64,000 nucleotides of DNA from Candidatus Micrarchaeota archaeon (GTDB taxonomy: Archaea > Micrarchaeota > Micrarchaeia > Anstonellales > Bilamarchaeaceae). A model generated the notes under the pieces. That model was not told where the DNA came from, ran no database searches, and was given only the letters and a program-made list of their open reading frames with translations. The translations under genes and the position numbers were made by a program. Every line of letters starts with the position of its first letter. Within the stretch, counting starts at the first letter, position 1. The DNA lies in contig JBGFRX010000028.1 in NCBI GenBank assembly GCA_041694885.1, forward strand, positions 3,001 to 67,000. Direction: 5' to 3'. This document shows positions 35,694 to 44,220 of this stretch, piece after piece.

Positions 35694-36578
35694 TTGCACG
35701 AACATGAATTGGGAAAAAAATTCCGCGAAAAAATTGCGGGCGAGGGGCTGGTGGTGGTGAAGCTCAGCGGAAAGAAGCTCGGCCACGAAACGCTCGAAGA
35801 GATAGCAGGACTCAATCGTGAAATTGCGAAGCGCAGCTTCACGAGCTTGCGGACGAAATGCCATTCGCATGAAACCCGGAACCTGATGCGGAACATTGTG
35901 CTGGTGCACGGCGGGGGGGTGCAGATAGACGAGATGATGAGGAAGCTGGGCGTGGAGCCAAAAACCCACGATGGATATCGCATAACCAACCGAACTACAA
36001 TGGAAGTAGTGGAAAGGTGCATGAAGGAAACAGGGGAATACGTGCACGGATTCCTGCGTGCAAAGGGCTGCGAAGCCGAACTCTTCAGCAACGGCGTGTT
36101 CGAGGCAGAAAGCATGGGTATGCCCTGGGACAGGTACGGCGAAATAACCGGGCTTGGGAAAGGGAAGGTAGAAAAAATAATGTCTGCGCTCATGAAGAAC
36201 AGGGTTGTTGTCCTTTCCCCAGTAGGAATTGACGGCAATGGCGAACCGCTCAATCTGGATGCTGACGAATGCGCTGCGCATGCAGCAGTCGAACTCGGGG
36301 CAGGGCAGGCGCTTCTCGTGACCAATGTGGATGGGATAAGGGTTGACGGGCATGTGCTGCGCAAGACGAGCGCTTCCATGCTCGAAAAAATGCTCAGGGA
36401 AGGGCACGTGCACAGCGGCATGATTCCAAAGGCAAAGGCGTGCATATTTGCTACTACTCACGGCGTGGTCGTGAAGATAATCAATGGAAAAATTCTGAAA
36501 GCGGCGAACGCGCATTCCGCGAACGGAAAAATATGCGGGACAGTTGCGCTCCCGGACAATTTGTACAAAAAATGGTGA
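35694..36578 (+). CDS. amino-acid kinase family protein (ArgB/ProB-like); by context probably glutamate 5-kinase
   Basis: VVVKLSGKKL ... IVLVHGGGVQI ... LNLDADECAAHAAVELGAGQALLVTNVDGI are carbamate/AAK-fold motifs. It lies directly upstream of the proA-proC fusion. Confidence 0.5.
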   Translation: MHEHELGKKFREKIAGEGLVVVKLSGKKLGHETLEEIAGLNREIAKRSFTSLRTKCHSHETRNLMRNIVLVHGGGVQIDEMMRKLGVEPKTHDGYRITNRTTMEVVERCMKETGEYVHGFLRAKGCEAELFSNGVFEAESMGMPWDRYGEITGLGKGKVEKIMSALMKNRVVVLSPVGIDGNGEPLNLDADECAAHAAVELGAGQALLVTNVDGIRVDGHVLRKTSASMLEKMLREGHVHSGMIPKAKACIFATTHGVVVKIINGKILKAANAHSANGKICGTVALPDNLYKKW

Positions 36579-38681
36579 TTGTGGACAGCGACGCGGGGTG
36601 GAAGAATGGGCGAAGGAAAAATGAATAATGATTACGTGGTTGAAATGGCGAGAAGTGCGAAGGAAGCAGGAAGAGCGCTTGCAAGCTCAGATAGCGAAAG
36701 GAAGGACGAAGCGCTGCTGAAAATCGCAGATGCACTTGAAGAAAATACGGAAAAAATCCTGGATGCGAACGCTGCTGATGTTGCTGACGCGAAAAAGCAG
36801 GGCATGAGTACTGAAATGGTGCAGCGGCTCATGCTGAATGAAGGCAAAGTAAGGGCAATGGCTGATTCGGTGCGGGAAATAGCGCGGCTGCGCAATCCAG
36901 TTGGAGAAATTGTTGAGCGGATAAGGAGACCGAATGGGCTGGAGATGGAGAAAACGCGGGTGCCTTTCGGTGTAATAGCAGTAATATACGAGTCCAGGCC
37001 CAATGTAACTGTTGAGGCAGCTGCATTGTGCCTGAAGTCCGGGAACGCGATCATACTTAGAGGTGGGAGCGAAGCGATAAGGAGCAACAAAGCGCTTGCA
37101 GATATAATGATGAAGGTGGCTGAAGAAAGCGGAATTCCCAAAGCAGCGATATCTTTTGTTGACAAAACGGATAGGGAGATTGTGCGCGGACTTCTTAAAA
37201 TGAACCAGTATGTAGATGTGATAATTCCAAGAGGGGGGCAGGGGCTCATTGATTTTGTGCTGGAAAATTCGCGCTTACCCGTGCTTGCCTCAGGCGGGGG
37301 AAACTGCCATATATACGTCGATGTGGATGCGGATTTGGAGATGGCTGAGCGCATAACTGTGAATGCGAAGACCAGTTCGCCTTACGTATGCAATGCGGCT
37401 GAGAAGCTCCTCGTGCATGAAAAAGTAGCTGAGGAATTCTTTCCGCGGATTGCGAAAGCGCTACGCGAAAAAGGGGTGGAATTGGTGGGCTGCGCAAAAA
37501 GCGCTGCGATCCTGAAGCGGAGCGGAATAAGAATAGGGAACGCAGGCGAAAACGACTGGCATACTGAGTACCTTGCGCTCAAAATGGCCCTGAAGGTCGT
37601 GAAAAGCGCTGGCGAAGCAATAGCGCACATAAACAACTACAGCACCGCGCACTCTGAGTCCATAGTAACGCGCAACGAAAGCACGGCGGGCAAATTCCTG
37701 AAGGAGGTGGATTCTGCAGCTGTGTACCATAATGCCTCCACCCGGTTTACCGACGGCGGGGAATTCGGCTTCGGCGGGGAGATGGGGATAAGCACTCAAA
37801 AGCTTCATGCGCGCGGGCCGATAGGGCTTGCGGAACTCACCTCCATCAAATACGTGATAAAAGGAAATGGCCAGCTCAGAGGTGAACCGAGGAAAAAAAT
37901 CGCGCTCCTGGGTGCTGGGAAAATGGGGGGCATCATTGCGCGCGGGCTCATAAGAAACCGGGCGTTTGATGCAAAGGACGTACTCGTGACCGGAAGGGAC
38001 AGGGAGAAGCTGAATGGGCTGCGGCAACTCGGCGCAACTGTGAAAAACAGCAATCTGGAGGCGGCTGAAGAAAGCAGCATTGTAATTATTGCTGTGAAAC
38101 CCGGGATGGTGAGCGAAGTGGCGTCCGAAATTTCTGAAGCATGCAAAGGCAAACTGGTGATTTCCATTGCCGCCATGGTTCCACTTAAGGAAATAACCAG
38201 GAAGATTCCGGGCGCACGCGTTATAAGGGCGATGCCAAACACAGGTGCGATGGCTGACGAGGGCTTCACTGCGCTCTATTCGGAAAATGCCGACTGGAGC
38301 GAAAGGCACGAGGCAGAGCAGCTTTTCCGCGCCTTCGGCGAATGCCTATTCGTGGACAGCGAAGAGAAGATCAATGCACTTACTGGAATAAGCGGAAGCG
38401 GGCCTGCGTACTTCTTCCTTCTTACGGATGCGCTTGCGAAAACGGCTGAGAATAAAGGGATAGGAAAAAAAGAGGCGCGCCGGCTTGCTGCGCAGACCGT
38501 TCTCGGCGCAGCCAAAGTGATGCTGGAAAACGAAACCGATGCAGAAGAGCTTATCCGGCTTGTCGCTTCTCCCAAAGGAACGACCGAGGCCGCGCTCGAG
38601 CATGCAAAGAAAACAGGGCTTGTGGACGCATTCGCGCAGATGGTGGAAAAGGCAATCGGAAAGGCGGGCGAAAAAATATAA
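36579..38681 (+). CDS. proA: fused gamma-glutamyl phosphate reductase (ProA) and pyrroline-5-carboxylate reductase (ProC)
   Basis: The N-terminal 420 aa are ProA-like, including aldehyde-dehydrogenase-type motifs. The C-terminal 270 aa are P5CR-like: KKIALLGAGKMGGIIARGL, RAMPNTGA, GISGSGPAYFF, VASPKGTTEAAL. A single 700-aa ORF with no internal stop; the true start may be the ATG at 36621. Confidence 0.75.
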   Translation: MWTATRGGRMGEGKMNNDYVVEMARSAKEAGRALASSDSERKDEALLKIADALEENTEKILDANAADVADAKKQGMSTEMVQRLMLNEGKVRAMADSVREIARLRNPVGEIVERIRRPNGLEMEKTRVPFGVIAVIYESRPNVTVEAAALCLKSGNAIILRGGSEAIRSNKALADIMMKVAEESGIPKAAISFVDKTDREIVRGLLKMNQYVDVIIPRGGQGLIDFVLENSRLPVLASGGGNCHIYVDVDADLEMAERITVNAKTSSPYVCNAAEKLLVHEKVAEEFFPRIAKALREKGVELVGCAKSAAILKRSGIRIGNAGENDWHTEYLALKMALKVVKSAGEAIAHINNYSTAHSESIVTRNESTAGKFLKEVDSAAVYHNASTRFTDGGEFGFGGEMGISTQKLHARGPIGLAELTSIKYVIKGNGQLRGEPRKKIALLGAGKMGGIIARGLIRNRAFDAKDVLVTGRDREKLNGLRQLGATVKNSNLEAAEESSIVIIAVKPGMVSEVASEISEACKGKLVISIAAMVPLKEITRKIPGARVIRAMPNTGAMADEGFTALYSENADWSERHEAEQLFRAFGECLFVDSEEKINALTGISGSGPAYFFLLTDALAKTAENKGIGKKEARRLAAQTVLGAAKVMLENETDAEELIRLVASPKGTTEAALEHAKKTGLVDAFAQMVEKAIGKAGEKI

Positions 38682-38905
38682 AGCCCCCTGTGCATAAGAA
38701 AAATGATGAGTATGAGAAAGGCAAAGGGAATAAATGCGAAATATTCCGGTTTGCTTACTGCTCTCTTTCTTTTGCTGGCCTGGCCAGCCGCACCTCTGAT
38801 TATAATCTAATGTCTGGTTTCCTGTCCTGGGTTTGAATCCTAAGTCAAGGCGGGCGCTGTTTTTTATTCTTATTTTCCAAAATGTAAAATAATCATGATT
38901 GCAAG

Positions 38906-40465
38906 GTGATTGGAATGAGGAAGATAATGATTTTCGATACGACGCTAAGGGATGGCGAGCAGAGCCCTGGCTGCACGATGACGATGGAGGACAAACTCAG
39001 AGTTGCGCGCGGACTCGAAAAACTCAACGTGGATGTTATAGAGGCTGGATTTCCCATCGCATCTGAGGGCGACTTCGAGGCGGTGAAGGCAATAGCGGAA
39101 GAAATGCGCAAGCCACAGATAGCAGGGCTCGCGAGATGCACTGAAAAGGACATAGACAAATGCTGGAGCGCGGTGCAGCACGCGAAGAAGCCGAGGATAC
39201 ACATCTTCCTCGCGACTTCTCCAATACACATGCAGTACAAACTCAGGAAGAGCCCGAAAGAGATAATGGAGGATGCGGTGAAGTACACGAAATACGCCAA
39301 GAACTTCTGCGACAACATAGAGTTCAGCCCCGAGGACGCGAGCAGGACGAAGCAGGAGTTTCTCTACGAAATCACGGAAAAGGTCATTGCTGCAGGAGCC
39401 ACTACTGTGAACATTCCAGATACTGTGGGTTACACGATTCCAAGCGAGTTCGGGAAAATAATCAAAGGGATAAGGGAGAACGTGCCCAGCATCTCTGATG
39501 CAAAGATAAGTGTGCACTGCCACAATGACCTTGGATTGGCTGTTGCGAATTCCCTCTCCGCAGTGGAGAACGGGGCCGAGCAGGTGGAATGCACCATAAA
39601 TGGAATTGGAGAAAGGGCAGGAAACGCATCGCTTGAGGAGATAGTAATGGCAATCGAAACAAGGAAGAAATATCTCAAAGTGTATACGGAAATAGCTCTT
39701 AATCAGCTCTATCCTGCGAGCCGGCTTGTGAGCATGAGCACAGGTCTCATGGTACAGAGGAACAAGGCGATAGTTGGGGAGAACGCGTTCGCCCATGAGG
39801 CAGGAATACACCAGCATGGGGTGCTCAGCCATCCCATGGCTTACGAAATAATGGAGCCGGCGAAGGTGGGTAGGGAGACCGTGATGGTAATAGGAAAGCA
39901 TTCGGGCAGGCACGCGATAGAGGCTGAGCTGAAGAGGCAGGGATTCAGCGCGGACAGAAGCGAGCTGGACAGGATTGTGGAGGCAGTGAAGGCGCACGCT
40001 GACAGGAAGAAATTCGTGGACGAGGACGATTTCAGGGCAATAGCCATGGGCATAACTTCCGGGAAGGCCGGGGGGAGCGAGCCACTGAAGATAGACGAGG
40101 TAACTGTGCTCACGGGAAATAAAATTACTCCCACTGCAACGATAAAGTTCAGCATCAGGGGCAAGAATAAGACAGTTACTGCAACTGGGGTGGGACCGAT
40201 TGATGCTGTTGCAAACGCATTCAAGACCATAGTGCCGGAAATGAATATAACCGAATTCGAGATCAGGGCCGCCTCAGGCGGTTCCGGGGCTCTGGCCCAG
40301 GTGCTTATAAAATTCGGGGACAGCAGGAAAAGGCAGATTCCGGTCGTTTCCACGAGCGAGGATACCATACTCGCGTGCGTTAACGCGTTCGTTAAGGGCG
40401 CGAACAAGATACTCGCCGGAGTGCCTGATGAAAAAACTAATTCAGAGAAGGGAGTCCGTTTATGA
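38906..40465 (+). CDS. 2-isopropylmalate synthase / (R)-citramalate synthase family
   Basis: MIFDTTLRDGEQSPG DRE-TIM N-terminus, HxH metal motif HCHNDLGLAV, and a C-terminal LeuA-dimer regulatory domain. 519 aa. Confidence 0.8.
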   Translation: MIGMRKIMIFDTTLRDGEQSPGCTMTMEDKLRVARGLEKLNVDVIEAGFPIASEGDFEAVKAIAEEMRKPQIAGLARCTEKDIDKCWSAVQHAKKPRIHIFLATSPIHMQYKLRKSPKEIMEDAVKYTKYAKNFCDNIEFSPEDASRTKQEFLYEITEKVIAAGATTVNIPDTVGYTIPSEFGKIIKGIRENVPSISDAKISVHCHNDLGLAVANSLSAVENGAEQVECTINGIGERAGNASLEEIVMAIETRKKYLKVYTEIALNQLYPASRLVSMSTGLMVQRNKAIVGENAFAHEAGIHQHGVLSHPMAYEIMEPAKVGRETVMVIGKHSGRHAIEAELKRQGFSADRSELDRIVEAVKAHADRKKFVDEDDFRAIAMGITSGKAGGSEPLKIDEVTVLTGNKITPTATIKFSIRGKNKTVTATGVGPIDAVANAFKTIVPEMNITEFEIRAASGGSGALAQVLIKFGDSRKRQIPVVSTSEDTILACVNAFVKGANKILAGVPDEKTNSEKGVRL

Positions 40466-40473
40466 TAATAAGA

Positions 40474-40548
40474 CGGGCCCGAAGGGATTTGAACCCTTGA
40501 CCTACGGATTAAAAGTCCGCCGCTCTGGCCAAGCTGAGCTACGGGCCC
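40474..40548 (-). tRNA. tRNA-Lys(TTT), no intron
   Basis: GGGCCCGTAGCTCAGCTTGGCCAGAGCGGCGGACTTTTAATCCGTAGGTCAAGGGTTCAAATCCCTTCGGGCCCG. 7-bp acceptor, T-loop TTCAAAT, anticodon loop CTTTTAA. Confidence 0.85.
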
Positions 40549-40574
40549 AAGAATATCTTATTACTGGCTGGGCA

Positions 40575-40595
40575 ATATTTTTAAAATAAAGATAA
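40575..40595 (+). promoter_or_regulatory. TATA-like box for tRNA-Cys, shared by the divergent tRNA pair
   Basis: ATATTTTTAAAATAAAG is centred about 30 nt upstream of the tRNA-Cys 5' end at 40620. Confidence 0.3.
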
Positions 40596-40619
40596 CACAA
40601 TTGCTTTGCCGATTTTTGC

Positions 40620-40781
40620 GCTGGGTTGACAGATTGGCCATGTACCCGCCTGCAGACAGACAGTTTCGGACTTCCTGTTTCGCATTTCGAAACCGTTGAC
40701 TGGAAACCGTGCTTGTGGCCCGAAACTGCTGCATCATGCAGTGGAAAGCGGGATAGAGGGGTTCGATTCCCTTACCCAGCT
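40620..40781 (+). tRNA. tRNA-Cys(GCA) with a 91-nt intron at canonical position 37/38
   Basis: Acceptor GCTGGGT/ACCCAGC is 7/7 Watson-Crick; discriminator T. D-arm ACAG-ATTGGCC-ATGT. Anticodon stem CCCGC/GCGGG with loop CTGCAG|A. T-arm AGGGG-TTCGATT-CCCTT. Exon 1 is 40620..40655, intron 40656..40746 with an internal 9-bp helix CAGTTTCGG/CCGAAACTG, exon 2 40747..40781. Confidence 0.6.
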
Positions 40782-40782
40782 T

Positions 40783-41442
40783 ATGGAGATAGTGAAATTG
40801 TTCGAAAATGTCTTCAGCATAGGCGGCAAACTTGCAACGGAAAATTTAACTCCCGGAACGCGGGTTTATGGGGAGAAGCTCCATCGCATCGAAGGGAAGG
40901 AATACCGCGAATGGGACCCCTACAGGAGCAAATTGGCAGCAGCGGTGAGGAAAGGACTGAGGGAAATGCCGATAAAATCCAAAAGCGATGTCCTTTATCT
41001 GGGTGCGAGCACAGGAACCACCCCTTCGCACGTTTCAGACATCGTTGGAAAGGAAGGGAGCGTTTTCTGCGTGGAAATATCGCCCCATTGCATGAAGCAG
41101 CTCATCCAACTTTCGGAAAAAAGGGAAAACGTAATTCCTATTCTCGCGGACGCGCATAAGCCGGATGTGTACGAGGAAGTGGGAAAGGTTGATGTAATTT
41201 ATCAGGATGTTGCGCAGCCGGACCAGGACGACATACTGATTGCGAACGCGGGAAAATTTTTGAAGAATAACGGAACTGCGATGCTGTGCATAAAGAGCCA
41301 GAGCATAGACGTGCTTCTCCCGCCCCGGGAAGTGTTTGAAAAAGTAAGGGAAAAACTTAAACAGCATTTCGAAATAGAGCATGAGATTGGGCTCGAGCCG
41401 TTCGACAAGGACCACCTTTTTCTCGTTCTCAGGAAGAAATGA
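40783..41442 (+). CDS. flpA: fibrillarin (rRNA/tRNA 2'-O-methyltransferase)
   Basis: MEIVKLFENVF...VLYLGASTGTTPSHVSDIVG...VDVIYQDVAQPDQ aligns along its whole length with archaeal fibrillarins. The start is 2 nt after the tRNA-Cys 3' end. Confidence 0.9.
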   Translation: MEIVKLFENVFSIGGKLATENLTPGTRVYGEKLHRIEGKEYREWDPYRSKLAAAVRKGLREMPIKSKSDVLYLGASTGTTPSHVSDIVGKEGSVFCVEISPHCMKQLIQLSEKRENVIPILADAHKPDVYEEVGKVDVIYQDVAQPDQDDILIANAGKFLKNNGTAMLCIKSQSIDVLLPPREVFEKVREKLKQHFEIEHEIGLEPFDKDHLFLVLRKK

Positions 41443-42287
41443 CCACGAATACAAACAGGGGAAAGAACGTCGTTAAATTTATAAGGCGAATTATAGTAGT
41501 GCTAACGCGGCAGGTCAGAAATTCGCAAGGTGGTTATGTGAAACGCGTGAAGAGCGGCATCCTGGGTTTTGACAAGATGGTTGGAGGCGGCATACCTGCT
41601 GGTTCTGTAATGATGGTGTCCGGCGGCGCAGGCGCAGGAAAGACGATATTCGCGCTCCAGACGCTGTGCTCAGGCGCGAAGAACGGGGAGCGCGGGCTTT
41701 TCATAACGTTCGAGGAAAACCCGGATGACATAATTAACCAGGGGAAGCAGTTCGACTGGAATATTGACGGCCTGCTGAAAAAAGGCACGCTCAGAGTAAT
41801 CAGGATGACTTACCCCAAAATAAAGGACAATGGTTCCAAGGCATTTGAGAAAGTACTTGGGGAATGGCGGCTTCCCAAGACGATGGCTGACGAGATAATA
41901 GAGGCAATAAGGAAATCAGCACCGAAGCGGGTGGTGATCGATTCGCTTGCCACGCTCGGAAGCGGAATGCGCTCCAACATTTCCGAACTGATGAAAAGGG
42001 ACATAATAAAGGAGCTTATTTTCTCGCTCAAGCAGCAGAACCTGGAACTTACCGTGCTTACCTCAGAACTTCCTCGCAGCGGCGACTGGTACAGCACCGA
42101 CGGATATTCTGAATTTTTGGTGGATGGAATAATACTCGTCCATAAAATTTCTTCCGGAATGGGAGTGGCAAGGATGATTTCCGTGGAGAAAATGAGGATG
42201 ACGAACCATACGATAGAAAAATTTCCAATGTTCATAGAGGATGGCGCCGGCGTTGTGATCAAATCGCCTGAAGAAACCATGAAGTGA
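41439..42287 (+). CDS. KaiC-like RecA-superfamily ATPase
   Basis: VKSGILGFDKMVGGGIPAGSVMMVSGGAGAGKT is the Walker A of KaiC/RadA-like ATPases. Walker B is in RVVIDSL. The N-terminal 30 aa are uncertain. Confidence 0.7.
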   Translation: MTTNTNRGKNVVKFIRRIIVVLTRQVRNSQGGYVKRVKSGILGFDKMVGGGIPAGSVMMVSGGAGAGKTIFALQTLCSGAKNGERGLFITFEENPDDIINQGKQFDWNIDGLLKKGTLRVIRMTYPKIKDNGSKAFEKVLGEWRLPKTMADEIIEAIRKSAPKRVVIDSLATLGSGMRSNISELMKRDIIKELIFSLKQQNLELTVLTSELPRSGDWYSTDGYSEFLVDGIILVHKISSGMGVARMISVEKMRMTNHTIEKFPMFIEDGAGVVIKSPEETMK

Positions 42288-42943
42288 GAGCCGTGGTCGA
42301 TTACTTTGAAAAACTCTCATTGTTAAAGTACATTGGATTTAAAGACGGGAACATTACGTTTGGAAATGACAAAATTGTTTTTTATTTTCTTCCCCATATG
42401 ATTGAAGAGGCACGCCTCGGCATGCGCGCGTTCGGATACAGTTGGGGGGCGGTGGAATTTCTTGCCGGAAGATTTGCCGGATATCAATTCGTAAAGGCGC
42501 ACGGCGCATTTCTTGGAAAGGAACTGTCGCAAGTTATTGACATAAGCCAGCAGACACTGGAAAGTTTTGGTTGGGGGAAATTTTCAACGTGGCGGTTCGA
42601 TAAGAAAAAAATGTACCTGCTCATAAATGGCGAACGCTCAACGCTTGCGGATGAACTGAAGGCAATGTACGGCCCGCAAAAGGCATGTGTTGACTTCTTC
42701 CTTGCAGGGCTGTTTGCAGGCGCAGCAACGTTCTATACGAAGACGCCAGTATATTGCGTTGAATTAGAATGCCGTGTGCAGAAGAACATCAACAGCTGCC
42801 AGTTCGTGGCAGCAGGCAAAGATAAAATCCAAAAATACGTGCGGGAATTTTTTCCTACTAAGGTAAAGATGGTCAAAACCTGTTTGGAACAGATGAGAAT
42901 TATAGAAAAAAAATTGGGGGATAGGTTCCTTGAATGGCATTAA
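42284..42943 (+). CDS. V4R-domain-like protein, translationally coupled to the KaiC-like ATPase
   Basis: The C-terminal segment FFLAGLFAGAATFYTKTPVYCVELECRVQKNINSCQFVAAG fits the V4R pattern G..G...x..C...G..C.F. 4-nt overlap with the upstream gene. Confidence 0.4.
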   Translation: MRAVVDYFEKLSLLKYIGFKDGNITFGNDKIVFYFLPHMIEEARLGMRAFGYSWGAVEFLAGRFAGYQFVKAHGAFLGKELSQVIDISQQTLESFGWGKFSTWRFDKKKMYLLINGERSTLADELKAMYGPQKACVDFFLAGLFAGAATFYTKTPVYCVELECRVQKNINSCQFVAAGKDKIQKYVREFFPTKVKMVKTCLEQMRIIEKKLGDRFLEWH

Positions 42944-43610
42944 GCACTTTCTCCTTATACCGGATGGAGACAGACGGTACGCAAAACGCACCGGTAGTAC
43001 GCTCGAAGAAGCGTATGCACGCGCAGCTGATGTGCTTTTGGAACTAATCGAATGGATCCATGTCGATCACGATATACCCGAGTTCTCATTTTTCGGACTT
43101 TCCTATGCGAACGTAATGCACCGGAGCAGGGAAGACATATTACCAATTTTCAAACAGCAGATACGATTTCTAAACGACGTGCCGTCCATCCAACTCTTCA
43201 AAGATTATGGAATTCGACTCAGAGTTCATGGATTCAAAGAGCTTTTGCCCGTTGACTATCAGGCGGCAATATTCAGGGCTGAGGATGCTACGTCTGGTTT
43301 CTTTAATAAAACATGCAACCTGTTGCTCGCATATTCTGGAAAAAAAGATCTTGAACAGGCATTCCGAAAGGTCGATGCAGAAGGGAAAGCACCGAATCTC
43401 GGAAATATCGAAAGACATTTGTTTATAAAAACGCCGATAGATTTAATTGTAAGAACAGCAGATGAGAAGCGGCTTTCTGACTCGCCGCTCATACCAGCGG
43501 CGTATTCGGAATTCCATGCGATTGAATCGTTCTTTCCGGAATTGAAAAAAAAGGAAATAGATGAAGCGATCGAAGAATATTTGAGAAGGGTAAGAACGTA
43601 TGGAGAGTAG
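42930..43610 (+). CDS. cis-prenyltransferase (UppS-like, divergent)
   Basis: HFLLIPDGDRRYAK resembles HxAxIxDGNRRxA. FSFFGLSYANVMHRSREDI resembles xxYAFSxENxxRxxxEV. IDLIVRTADEKRLSDSP resembles DLxIRTxGExRxS. Confidence 0.5.
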   Translation: MNGIKHFLLIPDGDRRYAKRTGSTLEEAYARAADVLLELIEWIHVDHDIPEFSFFGLSYANVMHRSREDILPIFKQQIRFLNDVPSIQLFKDYGIRLRVHGFKELLPVDYQAAIFRAEDATSGFFNKTCNLLLAYSGKKDLEQAFRKVDAEGKAPNLGNIERHLFIKTPIDLIVRTADEKRLSDSPLIPAAYSEFHAIESFFPELKKKEIDEAIEEYLRRVRTYGE

Positions 43611-44220
43611 CAGAATAAAGATGCTTTTTGCTAAATTGAAAAAAATGGATGGAGTAAATACGACGCACGATATGTCGCATGCTTTGCGCGTTGCAAGATA
43701 TGCGGAAGAAATTTCTGGTGGAAAAAACCGGTTGAAATGGGAAATGCTGCATGCAATGTGTCTTTTGCATGATTTCAAACGAATTGAAGGCGATATGGAG
43801 GGAGTTTCGGTTGCAAAAACCTGCGAAGGAGCGGCACGGATTCTTAATGATTGTGGATTTTCTGAAGATGAGAAGAAGATGATATTGAACGGAATAAAAA
43901 AACACTCCCTGATTTCTGTAGGTGGTATAACGGGAAAATTCGAAGAACCACAAACATTGGAGGAAAAAATACTTTTTGACGCGGATAAATTGGATGCGCT
44001 TGGGCCTACGGGAATAGTGCGGTGGTTCGCGACTACGTCGGCCAGGGGCATGCCGCTTGAAGAATCAGCAAAATTATACCTCAAGATCGCTTTAGAATTC
44101 GAAACTGCAAAAGGCGGCCTTTACACCGACAAAGGAAACCTCATGGGGCAAAAACGCTTAAGATATTCAAGAAAATTTTTCCGCGATTTGTTGAAGGATT
44201 TAGAGGGAAGAAAAACGTAG
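43600..44220 (+). CDS. HD-domain phosphohydrolase
   Basis: MSHALRVARYAE ... LLHDFKR ... DADKLDALGP are the H..HD..D motifs. Confidence 0.7.
   Translation: MESSRIKMLFAKLKKMDGVNTTHDMSHALRVARYAEEISGGKNRLKWEMLHAMCLLHDFKRIEGDMEGVSVAKTCEGAARILNDCGFSEDEKKMILNGIKKHSLISVGGITGKFEEPQTLEEKILFDADKLDALGPTGIVRWFATTSARGMPLEESAKLYLKIALEFETAKGGLYTDKGNLMGQKRLRYSRKFFRDLLKDLEGRKT

Noticed and set aside
35636-36515. Two overlapping minus-strand ORFs of 270-280 aa opposite the amino-acid-kinase gene
   Set aside because: They are antisense to a gene with clear AAK-fold motifs, and their composition is Ser/Pro/Cys-rich and non-protein-like.
38830-38860. T-loop-like GGGTTTGAATCC and an upstream AUGAUGA/CUGA pair at 38702-38799 as a possible tRNA fragment or C/D box sRNA
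   Set aside because: The T-loop lacks the invariant C56 and no acceptor or anticodon arms can be built. The C and D boxes are 87 nt apart with no terminal stem or C'/D' boxes.
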